Positions 61,632 to 64,000 of a stretch of DNA of 64,000 nt are shown here, piece after piece. The notes under the pieces are model-generated. The model had not been told where the DNA came from, ran no database searches, and worked only from the letters and a program-made list of their open reading frames with translations. The first letter of the stretch is position 1. Every line of letters begins with the position of its first letter. The position numbers were made by a program, and so were the translations under genes. The DNA is from a virus. The stretch is taken from the IMG/VR virus record IMGVR_UViG_3300042558_005646. One strand, written 5' to 3'.

Positions 61632-63998
61632 TTAATCAATCCATGTGATAGAAACATCAAGCTTTGATGGATCTTTTCTGGATGCATGTACACTAGTTCT
61701 AGAGTAATTTCCACACTTATAACAGAATGTATTATTCTTTACCTTATGAGCTTCTCTATTTCCACATGATGGGCAAACCATACCAATAGGAAGCATAGAA
61801 ACTGCAGTCTTATCAAAGTTTGGTAGTGCAGTTTTGAGGTATATATCAGAATCAACTGTGGCAGATAATCTGACCATAGTTTTGATTTCAGATGCTACAG
61901 GACCCATGCCTGGAGCTGCTGGAGAAGGTGTAGGAGTTTCAGTTGGAGCAGTAGCAGCTCCAAGACCCATATCTGGGCCTAATCCCATAGGTTCTTCTTC
62001 CATTGATGACTTACCCTTATCTCCCATTGAAATTAATTCAATTTGTTGAAGAATTTTGTAAGTTGTTCCACAGCTTTGACAGTCTGCATTTGATTCAGAA
62101 ATGTTTACATCGTCTGCTCCACAAACAGGACAAACGCTTCCCCATGGTTTCTTTTCACCTGGCTCAGCAATAGCATCCATATCTTCAGATGCGTTCATAT
62201 CTGTTCCACCAGTCAATGAAGAAATTCCTAAATCACCACCACCAGGAGCGCCAGCACCCATACCTGGATCAACAGGACCTGCAGCAGGACCGGCTGGAGC
62301 AGGAGCACCCATACCTGGGGCAACTTGTGCATATTTTGATAGAATAGAGTCTCTACGATTCTTTCTAGCAAGTCTAGCACCTTCGGTCATAATTACAGGC
62401 ATTTCTTCTGTAATTTCGGCATTCATTTCGCCATCTGCTTCATCTGTCTTGAAAGTCTTTGAAGATGATGTTGATACTGTTGCAGTTACATCACCATTTT
62501 CTGATACAATTAAGTCAGTGAAAGAGAAAGTACCTGGATCTACTTGGAAGCCATGTCCTTGAAGAACTTCAATTGCTTTTTGCTTGAATGAATCATCAAA
62601 GTTGCTGTCACTAGGTTGCATACCATCTAAGTCTTCAGATCTACAGATAAATCTGATGCAATCTGACTTGCTTTGGGTAACAGTCATACCAGCTGTTCTT
62701 TCAGAAGCAATTACAGCTTTTGCAACTAATTTTTCTGCAACTTCAAATTCTTCACAAAGTCTCTTTGCAGCCTTAGCAATTCTTCTTGTGCTGATGCCAA
62801 AGTTTGTTGAGTAGTCTGCCAACCATCCAACAACATTATCAGAAATATTCTTTGTTGAAGCAGTCTTTACGCCCCAGAATTCTCTTCTTGCTCTAGCTCT
62901 TAATCTGCCATCAGTTGCAGTTGCAGTTTTAGCTCTATCAATAGCAGCCATCAATTGTTTTTCTGGCATTGCTTCAACAGAATCAACTACTTCATCAGGA
63001 GTTGTTCCAGTTTCTTTTGATGACATTGCCATTGCAGAAATTGCAGACTTAAGATCATCTTTTGAAATAAGATCAGCATCAGCATCTACAGCTGACATTA
63101 AAGCAGACTTAAGTTCTTCATTTTTAGAAGGAGCAGTCTCTACGTCTAGTCCTTCTTCAGGAACAGAAGCTTGTCCCATAAGAAGTTCAGCAATTCTTGA
63201 AACACCTTCTTTGGTCATCTCGCCTTCTTCAACGGCAACTGAAAGTGCATCAGCAAGATCTTGAGCTGTTACTTCTGAAGTAACAGCTGCACCTAATTGC
63301 TTGAGAATTGCAGATACAGAATTTTCTGGTTCAGCATTGCCACCAAAGAAATCAACCTTTTCTGCTTTATCTGCTTCCATATCAGTTCCAGCAGCAGCAG
63401 TTCCAATCATTTCAGGAAGCATTGGTTCTTCAGCTAATGTTTGCGCAACTCTAACAATTGTCTTAGGAGTTTCAAGCGATGAAATTACAGCCTTGCCCAA
63501 GGCATTGATTGTAGCAGCCATAATTTCGTGAGCACTTGCAGAGCCCTCTGTACGGCAGCAAGCTAATTGTTTTTCTAAAACTTCAGTTGGAACACCATGA
63601 GTTACTTCATCTACCAATTCAGTTAAGGACTTGCAAACTTCTTCATCCTTGACTCTTCTGCCATAAAGTCCAGCATCTCCAAGAAGAATTTCCTTGACTG
63701 CATCTTGGCTTGCACCTGTTTGTTTTGATTTAAGAGTAAGTTCACGAACTTGATTGATAACACCAGTATTCTTGCTCTTAACGCCATCAACCAAGTTATC
63801 ATATGACTCACCACTTCTAACTTCATCAAGTTGTCTTTCTCTTTCATCAAGTCTTTCTTTGACATCAAGTAAAGCAGTCTTGACAAATTGTGAGTAGTCC
63901 TTGAGTAAATCAGCAGCAACTCTTGTTCCTTGTCCATTTTCCATTAAACCAATTTGGTTTTCATTAAGGATAGGTTCCCAAGCAGTTCTTTTTCCATT
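61632..63998 (-). CDS. Partial (5'-truncated) large head-morphogenesis protein with two C-terminal zinc ribbons, more than 788 aa
   Basis: The frame stays open upstream of the track's ATG 63944 to the window edge (NGKRTAWEPILNENQIGL-MENG). CPVC...CQSC and CPSC...CYKC; P/G/A/M-rich linkers. Confidence 0.75.
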   Translation of the reverse strand, partial: NGKRTAWEPILNENQIGLMENGQGTRVAADLLKDYSQFVKTALLDVKERLDERERQLDEVRSGESYDNLVDGVKSKNTGVINQVRELTLKSKQTGASQDAVKEILLGDAGLYGRRVKDEEVCKSLTELVDEVTHGVPTEVLEKQLACCRTEGSASAHEIMAATINALGKAVISSLETPKTIVRVAQTLAEEPMLPEMIGTAAAGTDMEADKAEKVDFFGGNAEPENSVSAILKQLGAAVTSEVTAQDLADALSVAVEEGEMTKEGVSRIAELLMGQASVPEEGLDVETAPSKNEELKSALMSAVDADADLISKDDLKSAISAMAMSSKETGTTPDEVVDSVEAMPEKQLMAAIDRAKTATATDGRLRARARREFWGVKTASTKNISDNVVGWLADYSTNFGISTRRIAKAAKRLCEEFEVAEKLVAKAVIASERTAGMTVTQSKSDCIRFICRSEDLDGMQPSDSNFDDSFKQKAIEVLQGHGFQVDPGTFSFTDLIVSENGDVTATVSTSSSKTFKTDEADGEMNAEITEEMPVIMTEGARLARKNRRDSILSKYAQVAPGMGAPAPAGPAAGPVDPGMGAGAPGGGDLGISSLTGGTDMNASEDMDAIAEPGEKKPWGSVCPVCGADDVNISESNADCQSCGTTYKILQQIELISMGDKGKSSMEEEPMGLGPDMGLGAATAPTETPTPSPAAPGMGPVASEIKTMVRLSATVDSDIYLKTALPNFDKTAVSMLPIGMVCPSCGNREAHKVKNNTFCYKCGNYSRTSVHASRKDPSKLDVSITWID

Positions 63999-64000
63999 TG

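Noticed and set aside
58183-63937. Antisense and alternate-frame ORFs over the head genes (e.g. 58361..58804, 59096..59326, 62101..62562) and similar short ORFs elsewhere
   Set aside because: They are shadows of strongly codon-biased real genes; no RBS or recognisable motifs.
1-64000. Stop-codon reassignment (code 15 or 4) as seen in some jumbo phages
   Set aside because: Long ORFs are intact under code 11, and TAA, TAG and TGA all end genes at sensible coupled junctions.
1-64000. CRISPR arrays, tRNA/rRNA genes, IS elements, introns/inteins, retron or DGR components
   Set aside because: No regularly spaced direct repeats, cloverleafs, transposase, reverse transcriptase or intein motifs were seen by eye. 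A tRNAscan/Infernal run would be needed to exclude small RNAs fully.

Overview
AT-rich 64-kb segment of a large (jumbo-type) tailed dsDNA phage genome, standard genetic code, almost wall-to-wall coding. Left and centre (1-36.6 kb): virion morphogenesis genes, including a 3469-aa protein with 14 PKD domains and a C-terminal RCC1-like propeller, long helical proteins, head-tail adaptors, a tail-terminator-like protein, PA14/beta-sandwich proteins and two tail-tube-like paralogs. Right end (58.2-64 kb): head operon (partial large Zn-ribbon protein, acidic scaffold-like protein, decoration protein, 284-aa HK97-fold major capsid protein). Between the converging tail and head operons lies a 21.6-kb, 25-gene nucleotide-sugar locus (36595-58167). 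It encodes RmlB, two His-type C3-deoxygenases (RfbH/E1 and ColD-like), two TPP-dependent systems, an aldolase-SDR-dehydroquinate-synthase-like cassette, seven SDR/epimerases, two PhyH-like dioxygenases, a heptose-kinase domain and four glycosyltransferase-like proteins. It has no recognisable flippase, polymerase, ABC exporter or lipid-carrier initiating transferase. My main hypothesis is a phage-encoded pathway making unusual branched or carbocyclic deoxysugars for cytoplasmic glycosylation of the virion. A recurring TANAAT-N6-ATG leaderless-promoter pattern precedes all three glycan operons. Family assignments come from motif recognition by eye, not database searches. Several start codons were moved from the supplied ORF track using RBS and overlap evidence.
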